Shown: piece by piece, positions 9,261-18,706 of the stretch | How positions within the stretch are numbered: the first letter of the stretch is position 1 | Layout of the letters: every line of letters begins with the position of its first letter | NCBI GenBank assembly: GCA_016297845.1 | Contig: JAEDFV010000002.1 | Location: 671-64,670, forward strand | Source of the DNA: Clostridia bacterium | GTDB lineage: Bacteria; Bacillota; Clostridia; Christensenellales; UBA1242 | DNA length: 64,000 bases | Reading direction: 5' to 3' | Notes under the pieces: generated by a model | What the model saw: the letters and a program-made list of their open reading frames with translations, nothing else | Database searches by the model: none | What the model was told of the DNA's origin: nothing | Program-made: the position numbers and the translations under genes

Positions 9261-11366
9261 TTAATTTTTCGGTCTAATAACATTTTTTATTGTAAGGTCG
9301 AGCGCCTTTTGTTGTTGTTTAAGAAGTTCATTTTGTTCTCTTAAACGATTTTCTATTGAACGAAGATTTTCATCTAAATCATTTTTTTGAATAGTCTTTT
9401 TTGGACGGCCAACAGGTTTTTTAACTTTTGTTTCAGCACTCACGTTTTTCTTTGGTCTACCAACTGCTTTTTTTGTGACATTAGCAGTTGTCTCTTTTTT
9501 AGGTCTTCCACGTTTTCCTGCTGGTTTTATGTTTATGAAAGAATCATCTGCCCCAAACATTTCATCTTCAAAGAAATCATTAAATTCAATTTTGTCTTCT
9601 TTTTTAGGTTCATTGTCAAATGCGTCAAAAGAATTTTCTCCAAAAATTACTGGTGTAGGTTGCTTTATTTCATCAACTTTTTCATCTTCAAACAATTCAA
9701 TCTTGCGCCCATCAACGTCAAACACGTTACCGTTTTTGTCATGGAAATTTCCATCTTTATCAAAATATGCGCCATTTTTATATCTGTAATTTCCGTTGGA
9801 GTCATATGCTCCATCTTCGGTCACAGGCTTTCCATCATTTTGTTTATTTGTTTGCTTTTCAGCATTTGCTTCAACCGTTACTTCAATTTTTTTATTGTTG
9901 TCAATTTCTGCATCAAGTTTTTCTTGCGGTTTGTTTTTCACTTCAAAATCTGGTTTATTTTTTTCATCGCGCACTTCTGCTTTATTTGACAAAATTTTGT
10001 TTTCTTTTTCAATTTTATCAAGTTTTGCCAACGTGTCCTCAAGTTCTCGAGCGACCTCTTCTCTTGAACTAATCAACTCTTCTCGCTCTTCTTTAACTTG
10101 TTCGTTAACGGTGTCACGAATTTCTTTATAAATTTTGTTAGCAAAAGTTTTATATTCTGAAAGCATAGATTTTTCAACGTTGACTTTTGCTTCTTGAAGT
10201 TCTTCTTTACGTTTTTGAATCTCAGTTGCAAGATTATTAATCTCTTGATTAAATCTGAGTTGAGCATCTTCTTGGTCTTTTTCAATCTGCTCTTGTTTTC
10301 TTATTTCATCAGCCTGTTGTTTTCTGATGTAATTATTTTCAATTCTATTTGTCGTTGCTTCTTGTTGTTCTCTCAAACGTTCACTGTTTTCTTTACTTGC
10401 TTGAAGTTTTTTCTGATAATCTTTTGTCGTGTTGTCAAAGTTTCGTTTCAAGCTTTCAATTTCACCTTCAAGTTGTTGAATCTCTGCTTCAAGTCTACTT
10501 CTCAAACTAACAAAAAGTTCAGTTTCTTTCATAGCACGTTCTAAGACAAGTTCGCCTTTTTCTCCAGCAGATTCAAAATTATATTGTTCATGTTGTATTG
10601 CATTTTCACGTGCACGTTTCATTTCTTCTTGTTCTTGAAGTTGGCGTTTCTCGATGTATTCATTTAAAACTGGAATACCCCTTTGAATTTCTTGCGCTGT
10701 AAACAAAACTTCAAAGTCAACGTAGTCTGGCATAGTTGAAACTGCTTTATCAATAAATCTGTTAAAAATTTGGAAAGTTTGATATAACTCATTTGCATTT
10801 GATGTTTTTCTTATATTCAAAACTAAAATGAAAAGATATGTCAAAAGCAAAATAACAAGTGGAATTGCAAAAACCAAAATAAAGTAATCAGGTGCAACGC
10901 TTGCAAGTCCCGTAGCCCAACCACAGCTTATTATGAATGAAAGGATTGCATAAACAAAACCAAGATATTTAAATGTTTTTATTGTCGTCGAAAAAGTGCT
11001 TGTTTTAAGTGGGCGGTCAATGCAGTTTTCAACTGACATATAGTAACTTGGATTTTTATCACGATTAAGCATATATTGTTGCCAATGATAACGAAGTGTT
11101 TTTGGAACACGTTTCATCATGTTATTAAATTCAATTAAGTTGTTTTCGTTGATATATTGAACTTCATACAAATATGCGTTTATTTTATCAACAGCACGAA
11201 TTAATTTAAGTTCATATACATTGTGAACAATAAAACAAAATACAATTATAGTTAATATTTCAATTCCTACAAAAATATACAAAAGATATTCAAGCGAAAT
11301 GCTTTCTCTTGCAGATTGAAAGAATGCAACTATATTTTGAAATAAATCCGCTCCTAAATATTTCAT
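9261..11366 (-). CDS. Membrane protein with long coiled-coil and three C-terminal AT-hook (GRPKK) motifs
   Basis: N-terminal TM helices, about 250 aa of E/K/Q-rich heptad-like sequence, then KRGRPKKE, VGRPKKN and VGRPKKT spaced 16-17 aa apart. Confidence 0.65.
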   Translation of the reverse strand: MKYLGADLFQNIVAFFQSARESISLEYLLYIFVGIEILTIIVFCFIVHNVYELKLIRAVDKINAYLYEVQYINENNLIEFNNMMKRVPKTLRYHWQQYMLNRDKNPSYYMSVENCIDRPLKTSTFSTTIKTFKYLGFVYAILSFIISCGWATGLASVAPDYFILVFAIPLVILLLTYLFILVLNIRKTSNANELYQTFQIFNRFIDKAVSTMPDYVDFEVLFTAQEIQRGIPVLNEYIEKRQLQEQEEMKRARENAIQHEQYNFESAGEKGELVLERAMKETELFVSLRSRLEAEIQQLEGEIESLKRNFDNTTKDYQKKLQASKENSERLREQQEATTNRIENNYIRKQQADEIRKQEQIEKDQEDAQLRFNQEINNLATEIQKRKEELQEAKVNVEKSMLSEYKTFANKIYKEIRDTVNEQVKEEREELISSREEVARELEDTLAKLDKIEKENKILSNKAEVRDEKNKPDFEVKNKPQEKLDAEIDNNKKIEVTVEANAEKQTNKQNDGKPVTEDGAYDSNGNYRYKNGAYFDKDGNFHDKNGNVFDVDGRKIELFEDEKVDEIKQPTPVIFGENSFDAFDNEPKKEDKIEFNDFFEDEMFGADDSFINIKPAGKRGRPKKETTANVTKKAVGRPKKNVSAETKVKKPVGRPKKTIQKNDLDENLRSIENRLREQNELLKQQQKALDLTIKNVIRPKN

Positions 11367-11450
11367 ATTTCCTCCAATTTTCTTGCATTAGTATAACACA
11401 TTGATAAAGAATTAACTAATAATTTTAAAATATTTTTTGAAAATTATTTT

Positions 11451-14400
11451 TTAACTAATTTTTAATAATTTTGATTTTTTTAAATTTAAAATATAAATTT
11501 CATCAATATTAATATTAGTAGAAGTTTCGATTGCAAATTTATAAGATAGAAGTTGTTTTTTATATTTAATAATTAATTTTTCATCAGAATTAATATTTGT
11601 ATATTTATAATCAATTAAAATATTTTTTTCACCACACGAAAAGAAATCAATTTTGCCTTGAATTAATAGTTTTTCATTTCCCCCATTTCCAAAAATTTCT
11701 CTTTGGCTAGCATAGGTCATAAATTCTTTTTCCTTATAATTAATATTATTTTTAGGAATTAAATTTTTAATTAATTTAATATTTTCAAGTGACAAATTAT
11801 ATAAGTAGTCTTTTTCAAAATATTCTTCGTCAATGGATTCAATTATATCTTTCAAATCAGTTTCTATTTGTCGACTGTCGAAATCTATTTTTTCCAAAAT
11901 ATCATGCAAAATAATTCCTTGTTCTGGGACAATTCTCTCCTCGAAGTGTTCCTTAGTTTTGAAATCAACAGGAGAAAAATTGACCGTTTCATAGCCGTCA
12001 TTTTGGAATGCAATTTCACTAACAGATGTCTTCAATGAAAAATCTTTTTCACTCTCATAAGGATATTGAAATTTTTCAAATTTAATATTTTTAAATCGTG
12101 CACAATCAACAATTTCCTTTCCAAAATCCTCTTTTTCGAAATTTTCTTCGCCAACAAATTCAATTTCTGTTCCATCAATTTTTTTTCCGTCAATCGCACC
12201 CAATATATAATTCATGTATGTTGGTTCAACAGATAAGTAATCTTCATCAAAATTGAAATTCCCAACACATTTAGGAAGTGTTCCCGTAATCAAAAGTTTG
12301 TTTTTCGCGCGAGTTAAAGCAACATACAACAGTCGAAGACTCTCGCCAATTTCCTTCTTTTTTATTGATTTTTTTATAATTTGATTAAATATAGAATTGT
12401 AAACTTTTCTTTCGCTCTTGTCATAATTTTTTATAGCTAATCCAAATTTTTTGTCTACTTCTAAATCAGCCGTTTGAACTCTTTTTTTCAAAAAATTTCT
12501 TCCCGCATCAGCCAAAATTACAACTGGATATTCAAGACCTTTGCTCGAATGTATTGTAGTAATTTGGACACAATTTTCCGTTTTTTTATGTATTGTTGAA
12601 ACTTTGATTTCTCCAACAGAAGAAAGATAACTAATTAAATTAACAAAATCATAGTTTAAATTTGTTTCTTCAATATGTTTTAAAAATTGTTTAACAAAAT
12701 TAATTCTTTGTGTTCCATTTTCGGCAAATAAAATTTTGTCATAATAATTTGTTTTAATAATTAAATTTTCGAGTGCATTTTTAACACCAAACAAATTAAT
12801 TTCAAATCTTAAATCTTTAATTAATTTATAAAGATTTCCTAATTTTTGAGAAATTAAATTATTATTTTTTTCAAAATAATTTTTGCATCTTTCGTGAAAA
12901 AATTCACCGTCAGAATTAAGTTTTATCTCGGCAAGTTCATCATAAGAAAAACCACCAAACTGAGAAAGCATAACAGGAACCAAATTCATATCATCTTTTT
13001 CATTTAATGCCAAATTTAATATTGAAATTAAAATTCTGACTTCTTTTGAATTCAAAAGATTAAATTCACTGTTCACAACATAAGGAATTTCAAACTCATT
13101 AAAGACAGTTTCAAGTTGCCCCAAAAATTTCGACCTGCTTCTAAGTAATATACAAATGTCTCCAAAATTTATCTGTCGTTGTTCTCCACCAATATTAATT
13201 TTTTGTTTTAATAACTTACCTATTTCGCAAGCAACAACCTTTGCCTCTAATCCGCTTTTGCTTTTTGCACTAAAATCAAAAACTTTTCTAACACTGTTTG
13301 GAACAACAATTTCATCTTCAGCCTCTTCAATCCCAACAATTCGCACACTTGCCAAATCACAAAAGTTTTCGCTTTCACCTTTAAATTGGGAAGTGTTTTT
13401 ATAATCGATTCCGCAAGTATTTTGTGTCATAAGGCAGTTAAAAACCTCATTGTTAAAATCCAAAATCTTTTTATTTGTCCTAAAATTTACATTAAGTTTA
13501 AGTTCTTCAAACTCATCTCTTTCAGCAAATTCTTTGCATTTTTCAATGAAAATATCAACATCTGATTGTCTAAAGGAATATATGCTTTGCTTTGCATCAC
13601 CGACATAAAGTACATTGTCATTTTGAATAAGCTTCAAAATTTCAGATTGCATTGGATTTATATCTTGAAATTCATCAACAAAAATTTTTTTATAAGATTT
13701 TTTAATTTCATTTCTAACTTCTTCATTTTGCAAAATTTCATAACATAATTGCTCAAGGTCAGAAAAATCAAATTCAAATTTCTGTTTTTTTATTTCAAAA
13801 AGCTCTTTCTTAAATTGTCTATAAAGTTCAATCAAAATTTCAAGATTTTCTTTACATGAAGAAAACGACGAAATAATTGTTTCAAAAGAACCCAAATTGC
13901 TTGTTCTAAGTGATTTAACATTTTCCATAAAAGAGTCTTTAATTGCTTTAACCTTAAAAAAGTTTTCTGTTTTCGGCATTGCTAAACTACTCTTTAATTG
14001 AGGAAATGAAAAATCATAAATCAATTTTTCATAAAGGTCTTTGTAATTTGTAATTTGTAATCCAGAAAGCAAACTTTGGCAAGAATTAATATATTGAACA
14101 AGTTTTATTTCATTATTATCCTTCGCAGACCCTAATACATTATCTAATTTTTTCATGGAAGAATTCACGCTTGCAAAAATATCAGAAAAGAAAATCGAAA
14201 GAGTTTCTTCTTTATTATTCTCCATTGAAAGAGCAATTTCATCGAGCCATTTTTCAGGATTAAATTGTGATGATAGAAATTCATCTATCATAAAAATTCT
14301 TTGTTTAATTGAATTGTCGCTTCTTTTTTTTCCAAGCACATCAAGAAGTTCAAAATATTTTTCAGGATTTTTATTTTTTAAATTTTCAATGGATTTTTTA

Positions 14401-14822
14401 AAAGCCTGTTCTTTAAATTGTTGCAACGTTTCTTCGTTTGCGATTTTGAAACTGGGAGATATTTTTGCAACATAAAAATATTTTTTAACAATTTTTTCAT
14501 AAAATGAGTGGAAAGTTGAAATATCTGCTTGAGGCAAATAATCAATTTGATTCAGAAGTTCAAAATTCCCATTTCTTTCAACTTCTCGTTCTAACTCACT
14601 CGCCAGTCTGTCTTTCATTTCCCCAGCAGCGAGATTTGTAAAAGTAAGCGCAAGAATGTTCTGCGTTGTGCATTCTCCCGACAAAAGATATTTCATAATT
14701 TTTCTTATCATAACGCTGGTTTTTCCGCTTCCTGCAGACGCAGAAACAATGGCGCTTGACTCAACATCAATCACCTTTTCTTGTTCTTCAATTTTCTTAA
14801 ATTTGTTCTCCATTTTCAACAA
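11451..14822 (-). CDS. addA: ATP-dependent helicase/nuclease subunit A (AddA)
   Basis: UvrD-type Walker A SAGSGKTSVM, FVDEFQD Walker B, and C-terminal PD-(D/E)XK nuclease (GKIDFF...LIDYKYT). Its start overlaps the addB 3' end by 26 nt. Confidence 0.9.
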   Translation of the reverse strand: MLKMENKFKKIEEQEKVIDVESSAIVSASAGSGKTSVMIRKIMKYLLSGECTTQNILALTFTNLAAGEMKDRLASELEREVERNGNFELLNQIDYLPQADISTFHSFYEKIVKKYFYVAKISPSFKIANEETLQQFKEQAFKKSIENLKNKNPEKYFELLDVLGKKRSDNSIKQRIFMIDEFLSSQFNPEKWLDEIALSMENNKEETLSIFFSDIFASVNSSMKKLDNVLGSAKDNNEIKLVQYINSCQSLLSGLQITNYKDLYEKLIYDFSFPQLKSSLAMPKTENFFKVKAIKDSFMENVKSLRTSNLGSFETIISSFSSCKENLEILIELYRQFKKELFEIKKQKFEFDFSDLEQLCYEILQNEEVRNEIKKSYKKIFVDEFQDINPMQSEILKLIQNDNVLYVGDAKQSIYSFRQSDVDIFIEKCKEFAERDEFEELKLNVNFRTNKKILDFNNEVFNCLMTQNTCGIDYKNTSQFKGESENFCDLASVRIVGIEEAEDEIVVPNSVRKVFDFSAKSKSGLEAKVVACEIGKLLKQKINIGGEQRQINFGDICILLRSRSKFLGQLETVFNEFEIPYVVNSEFNLLNSKEVRILISILNLALNEKDDMNLVPVMLSQFGGFSYDELAEIKLNSDGEFFHERCKNYFEKNNNLISQKLGNLYKLIKDLRFEINLFGVKNALENLIIKTNYYDKILFAENGTQRINFVKQFLKHIEETNLNYDFVNLISYLSSVGEIKVSTIHKKTENCVQITTIHSSKGLEYPVVILADAGRNFLKKRVQTADLEVDKKFGLAIKNYDKSERKVYNSIFNQIIKKSIKKKEIGESLRLLYVALTRAKNKLLITGTLPKCVGNFNFDEDYLSVEPTYMNYILGAIDGKKIDGTEIEFVGEENFEKEDFGKEIVDCARFKNIKFEKFQYPYESEKDFSLKTSVSEIAFQNDGYETVNFSPVDFKTKEHFEERIVPEQGIILHDILEKIDFDSRQIETDLKDIIESIDEEYFEKDYLYNLSLENIKLIKNLIPKNNINYKEKEFMTYASQREIFGNGGNEKLLIQGKIDFFSCGEKNILIDYKYTNINSDEKLIIKYKKQLLSYKFAIETSTNINIDEIYILNLKKSKLLKIS

Positions 14823-17800
14823 TCCTATTAATTATATCTTCAGAAATTTCTCGACCAAGTTCACGCGGTTCTTGACTCAAATTTTGTTTAAATGAACACA
14901 CGCCATAAAGTGGACATTTCGAACACACAAATTCACCCGTTGGAATTGCAGAAATTTTTCCAGATAAAACTTCTTTTCTAAAATTTTTTAAAAGTAATTT
15001 CAAATATACAAAAGCATTCTCAAACCCTTGTTCGCTGAAAACATTTTTCGAAGTTGAAAGAACGAGATTCATGACAGTGGAAGATTTTGCAAGTTTAAGC
15101 GAAACTATGTCACTTGATAAATTTCTGCCAAATCTTCTGTCAAGGTCTTTTATAACTTGTGAATCTCTCAAAACAAATCCATCTAGAACAAATTTTTTTG
15201 AATCTCCATCTTTCGAGAAATCTCCACTTATCGGCATATAAAATCCGCCAGCAGGTTTGTAGCCATAAATTTCCTTTATGGCAAAAAGATATAGAAAAAG
15301 TTGCAATTCAATTCCATTTTGGAAAGCAATCAAACTTCTTTTTGTTTCACCAGATTTATAATCAATTACTCTAAAGAAATTTTCAGACAAATCAACCCTG
15401 TCAATTACGCCACAGATTTTAAAATCATCAATTAAAAATTCAAAGAACTTTTCAACAAATTTTGCAAAAAAGTTTGAATTTTTTTGTTCATAAACAATTT
15501 GAGAAAGAAGCATTTTTGCCTCTTTTTTCAAAATTTGGAACAAATGTAAATTTTCAGTGTTTTCATAGAGAAGTTTAAATCTTTCATCTTTTTTTATAAT
15601 TTCAAAAATTTTGTCAAGTTCTCTATCAATGTCACTCTCATTCAAATTTCTAATATTTTTTAAATTGCGTTCAACAAAACTCTGTGCATAGATATGAAAA
15701 AAGTTTCCGTAATCACGCCCATCAAATTTGCCTTTTGGATTTTCCTTAACTCTGAGTCCATAAAGCAAAAAGTGTTTAAGTGGACACTCATAAAACTTTT
15801 CAATTTGCGTTGGAGAAAATTTTCGTCCAAAAATTTTTTCAGGGTTTGACAAATTTTCTTCAAGACAATCCTGTTTCCCAACAAGTCTTTCAATATCTGA
15901 GTTTGAAATTTTATTTTCATTTTTGAGATTTATAATAAATTCATTTAAATCATATTTTGTTTGAAAATTAAATTCATCAAGATTCTCGCCTACAAATTTT
16001 TCGTTAAATTTACTTAAGATTTGAATTTCTTTATTTTGCGAAGTAAACATCTTTTTGAATTCATCAAAGATGATTGATTTTTCAACTTTTTCCCCCAATT
16101 CATCTTCAGAAACTGAAACAAAAACCTCATCTGCAAGTGTCAAATCAAACAAAAGTTTTTGTTTGTTTCTCTTGTTAATCATGTTTATAGTTGGTTGAAT
16201 TGGAAGCGAAACTTTTGCAATATCGCTATCAGACATAAGCCCTAAATCTTTTGTCGTCATAGGAATTGTGCCCTGTTTTGCAAAGGTCACAAAAAGCACC
16301 TTTCTTTTTTCAAAGAAAGATTTTTGACTTCCCACATAAACACAATCGACAGAAAGCCCCGCTGATGAAATTTCTTTATCGCCAAAAAGTTTTAAAAATA
16401 TCTCAACATAATTTCCAAAATCAATTTCTTCATTAAAACAAAGAGTTTTAATTATGGTTTCAAAAACATTTTCTATTTGTACATAAATTTTTTCTTCATT
16501 GCAATTTTTTATTTTTAATTGCTCAACAATTTCATTTGTTGTTTCAAACACAAAAAATTGGTCACAAAGATTTTTTGTTAATTTAGAAAAATCATCAAAA
16601 GTTTTGGCACTTTGATATTTCTTTTCTATTTCATTTAGTTTATCTACAAAAATTTCTATGTCAGGGAAATTTGCACAATGTGAAATTTCAAAAAAACCTT
16701 TTGAAGAAATATAATTTTGAAAATCTGAAATCTCATCAAATGAAATTTTTGAATATACATTTGTGAGAATGTTTAATAATGAGGCATACGACTTTGTATT
16801 GAAAAATTCGAAAATATTTTTAAGAAATGAATAAATTGGCAATGTCGAAATTTTCGTTGCAATGTCAAAGAAAACAGGAATTTCTCTTTCCAAAAATATT
16901 TTTTCAAAACGCTCTTTTTCCTCTTCTAAATTCCCGCAAAGAATATTGAAATCTTTAAATCTATATCCTTTTTTTTGTACATAGAAATTTATTGTTTTTG
17001 CAACTTCTGTTATCTCATCTGTAGGTGTTTCAAACTCCAACAAATGAACATTGTTTGTTTCTAATTGAGTTTTTGAATATGAAAAAAGATTTTTAAGAAT
17101 ATGTTCAGAAAAATTAGAAATGTTTTGTTTAATAAAAATCTTTTCAAAAGCAATTTTATTAAGTCGAGAAATATTTGAAAGTTTATTCATTATATCAGAA
17201 TCATAAACGAACGAATTCTTTTGTTTGTCAGGCATTATCGCTCCAACAACCACATTTTTCCCGTTCAATATGAGCTTCTCTAAAACTTTCCCTCCTTGTT
17301 CAGTTAAACTATCAAAACCTGCAAAAAAGAAATTGGATTTTGAAACTTTTTCAACATCAAGAAAAGTCACAAGATTTGACAACAAATCACTTTGATCAGG
17401 TTTAGTTTTCATGGATTCATAAATGGAAAAAATGTTTGCTAAATCAGAAAGTTTTTGATTTGTTGCTTTTGCAGAAAATTCGGCACAAGAAATATTACTT
17501 GATTTAAGTTGTGAAATAATTGCAAATATTTCATTAGCAAGTTCAAGTGTTGGATTTGAAAAAGAAGGGAAATTATTATTTTTCAGAATTAATAACACTT
17601 CCAAAACACTTTGGTCTTTCGAAAGAAGGTCTTGTTTTGTTAAAAAATATTTAGCGAGTTTTGAAATGCCAAGAACTTTTATATTAAACGAAGTTTTTAT
17701 TCCCAAACACTCAAAAATTTCTTTTTCTGCAAAGAGAGAAAATCTGTCAGGAACAACAACAAAATTTTCAAGGTCAACAGAACTTGAAATAGGAATTTCA

Positions 17801-17859
17801 TTAATAACTGCTTGTGTAACTTCCGCAAGCGAATTTCCAATCAAAATTTTTGTACTCAC
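14797..17859 (-). CDS. addB: Helicase/nuclease subunit B (AddB/RexB type, Walker A absent)
   Basis: Size and position upstream of addA. C-terminal nuclease with Fe-S cysteines (YECPLKHF ... CSKCPLYGVC). The N-terminal position of GRAGSGKT reads GNSLAEVT. GTG start. Confidence 0.85.
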   Translation of the reverse strand: MSTKILIGNSLAEVTQAVINEIPISSSVDLENFVVVPDRFSLFAEKEIFECLGIKTSFNIKVLGISKLAKYFLTKQDLLSKDQSVLEVLLILKNNNFPSFSNPTLELANEIFAIISQLKSSNISCAEFSAKATNQKLSDLANIFSIYESMKTKPDQSDLLSNLVTFLDVEKVSKSNFFFAGFDSLTEQGGKVLEKLILNGKNVVVGAIMPDKQKNSFVYDSDIMNKLSNISRLNKIAFEKIFIKQNISNFSEHILKNLFSYSKTQLETNNVHLLEFETPTDEITEVAKTINFYVQKKGYRFKDFNILCGNLEEEKERFEKIFLEREIPVFFDIATKISTLPIYSFLKNIFEFFNTKSYASLLNILTNVYSKISFDEISDFQNYISSKGFFEISHCANFPDIEIFVDKLNEIEKKYQSAKTFDDFSKLTKNLCDQFFVFETTNEIVEQLKIKNCNEEKIYVQIENVFETIIKTLCFNEEIDFGNYVEIFLKLFGDKEISSAGLSVDCVYVGSQKSFFEKRKVLFVTFAKQGTIPMTTKDLGLMSDSDIAKVSLPIQPTINMINKRNKQKLLFDLTLADEVFVSVSEDELGEKVEKSIIFDEFKKMFTSQNKEIQILSKFNEKFVGENLDEFNFQTKYDLNEFIINLKNENKISNSDIERLVGKQDCLEENLSNPEKIFGRKFSPTQIEKFYECPLKHFLLYGLRVKENPKGKFDGRDYGNFFHIYAQSFVERNLKNIRNLNESDIDRELDKIFEIIKKDERFKLLYENTENLHLFQILKKEAKMLLSQIVYEQKNSNFFAKFVEKFFEFLIDDFKICGVIDRVDLSENFFRVIDYKSGETKRSLIAFQNGIELQLFLYLFAIKEIYGYKPAGGFYMPISGDFSKDGDSKKFVLDGFVLRDSQVIKDLDRRFGRNLSSDIVSLKLAKSSTVMNLVLSTSKNVFSEQGFENAFVYLKLLLKNFRKEVLSGKISAIPTGEFVCSKCPLYGVCSFKQNLSQEPRELGREISEDIINRIVENGEQI

Positions 17860-17902
17860 GAAATTATAATATCACATATTTATATAAAACTGAAATTTTT
17901 AG

Positions 17903-17930
17903 TTGACTTTTTTCATATTTTTGATATACT
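17903..17930 (+). promoter_or_regulatory. Sigma-A-type promoter for rpsU
   Basis: TTGACT (17903-17908), 16-nt spacer, TG-n-TATACT (17925-17930). Confidence 0.5.
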
Positions 17931-17969
17931 TACTCTGAAATTAAAACCTAAAAGGTGGTGAACAGTAAC

Positions 17970-18152
17970 ATGACAATGGTTAAAGTTGGCGAAAACGAAA
18001 GTTTAGACAGCGCACTTAAACGTTTCAAACGCAAATGCCAACGCGACGGAATTATTGGAGATATAAGAAAAAAAGAAGCATATCTTAAACCAAGCGTTAA
18101 AAAGAAAAAGAAACAAGAAGCAGCTAGAAAACGTGCAAGAAAAAGAGCATAA
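17970..18152 (+). CDS. rpsU: 30S ribosomal protein S21
   Basis: [28 protein letters not shown]...[13 protein letters not shown] matches S21. RBS AAAGGTGG upstream; ATG at 17970 preferred over the GTG at 17955. Confidence 0.9.
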   Translation: MTMVKVGENESLDSALKRFKRKCQRDGIIGDIRKKEAYLKPSVKKKKKQEAARKRARKRA

Positions 18153-18166
18153 TTGCTCTTTTTTTA
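18141..18166 (+). terminator. Rho-independent terminator after rpsU
   Basis: AAAAGAGCA-TAAT-TGCTCTTTTTTT hairpin followed by a T-run. Confidence 0.6.
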
Positions 18167-18303
18167 TGTTTAAAAAATAAAAATCATCACAGGGAATTAA
18201 AATAAAAGGAACTTTACTTTAAAGTAGAGTCCCTTAACATTAATTCTGCTGGTTTCAAAAGCGCTAACACTTCAATGTTATTTAAAAAAAACGGCTGATG
18301 CCG

Positions 18304-18633
18304 TTATTTTTCTTGATCTTTTACTTCAGATTTATCAAATGATTGCTCACCAGTACCAATAACATCACAAGCTAAAGCCGACTTTACAAGCTCGTACATA
18401 GCAGAAAGGACATGGCTTCCATCTTGATTCATAAGGTTATTTGTCATTTTTTTTGTTCCTTTTTTTAATTGTTTTAAGTCTTTATTTGACATTTCTGGGT
18501 GATCTTTTTTAACTTGTTCCATTTTTTTATTTGTTATTTTACGAATTTCCTTTTTGTGATATTTTCCAACTGCAGTAATTGCAACTGCTCCTGCCAAAGC
18601 CTCAAACACTTCTTCAATTTTCATTTCTTTCAT
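18304..18633 (-). CDS. Hypothetical Lys-rich small protein
   Basis: 109-aa ORF. The hairpin AACGGC-TGAT-GCCGTT at 18290-18306 acts as its terminator. Confidence 0.45.
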   Translation of the reverse strand: MKEMKIEEVFEALAGAVAITAVGKYHKKEIRKITNKKMEQVKKDHPEMSNKDLKQLKKGTKKMTNNLMNQDGSHVLSAMYELVKSALACDVIGTGEQSFDKSEVKDQEK

Positions 18634-18706
18634 TTCTTATCTCCTATATTAACGACTACATAATAACACATAATTTTAAAAAAGTAAATAGTCTTTTAAT
18701 AATTTT

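Noticed and set aside
9387-10544. Several 100-200-aa plus-strand ORFs antisense to the 701-aa coiled-coil gene
   Set aside because: These are low-complexity Phe/Ser/Leu-rich translations, the mirror image of the Lys/Glu-rich codons on the other strand. They have no RBS and mutually overlapping frames. The same reasoning applies to antisense ORFs inside dnaB, addA/addB, the ABC exporters and both surface-protein genes.
17857-17868. TATAAT box 3 nt upstream of the addB GTG start as a third leaderless promoter
   Set aside because: The spacing is too short for the transcript to include the start codon. Either the promoter lies elsewhere or the start codon is different, so no claim is made.
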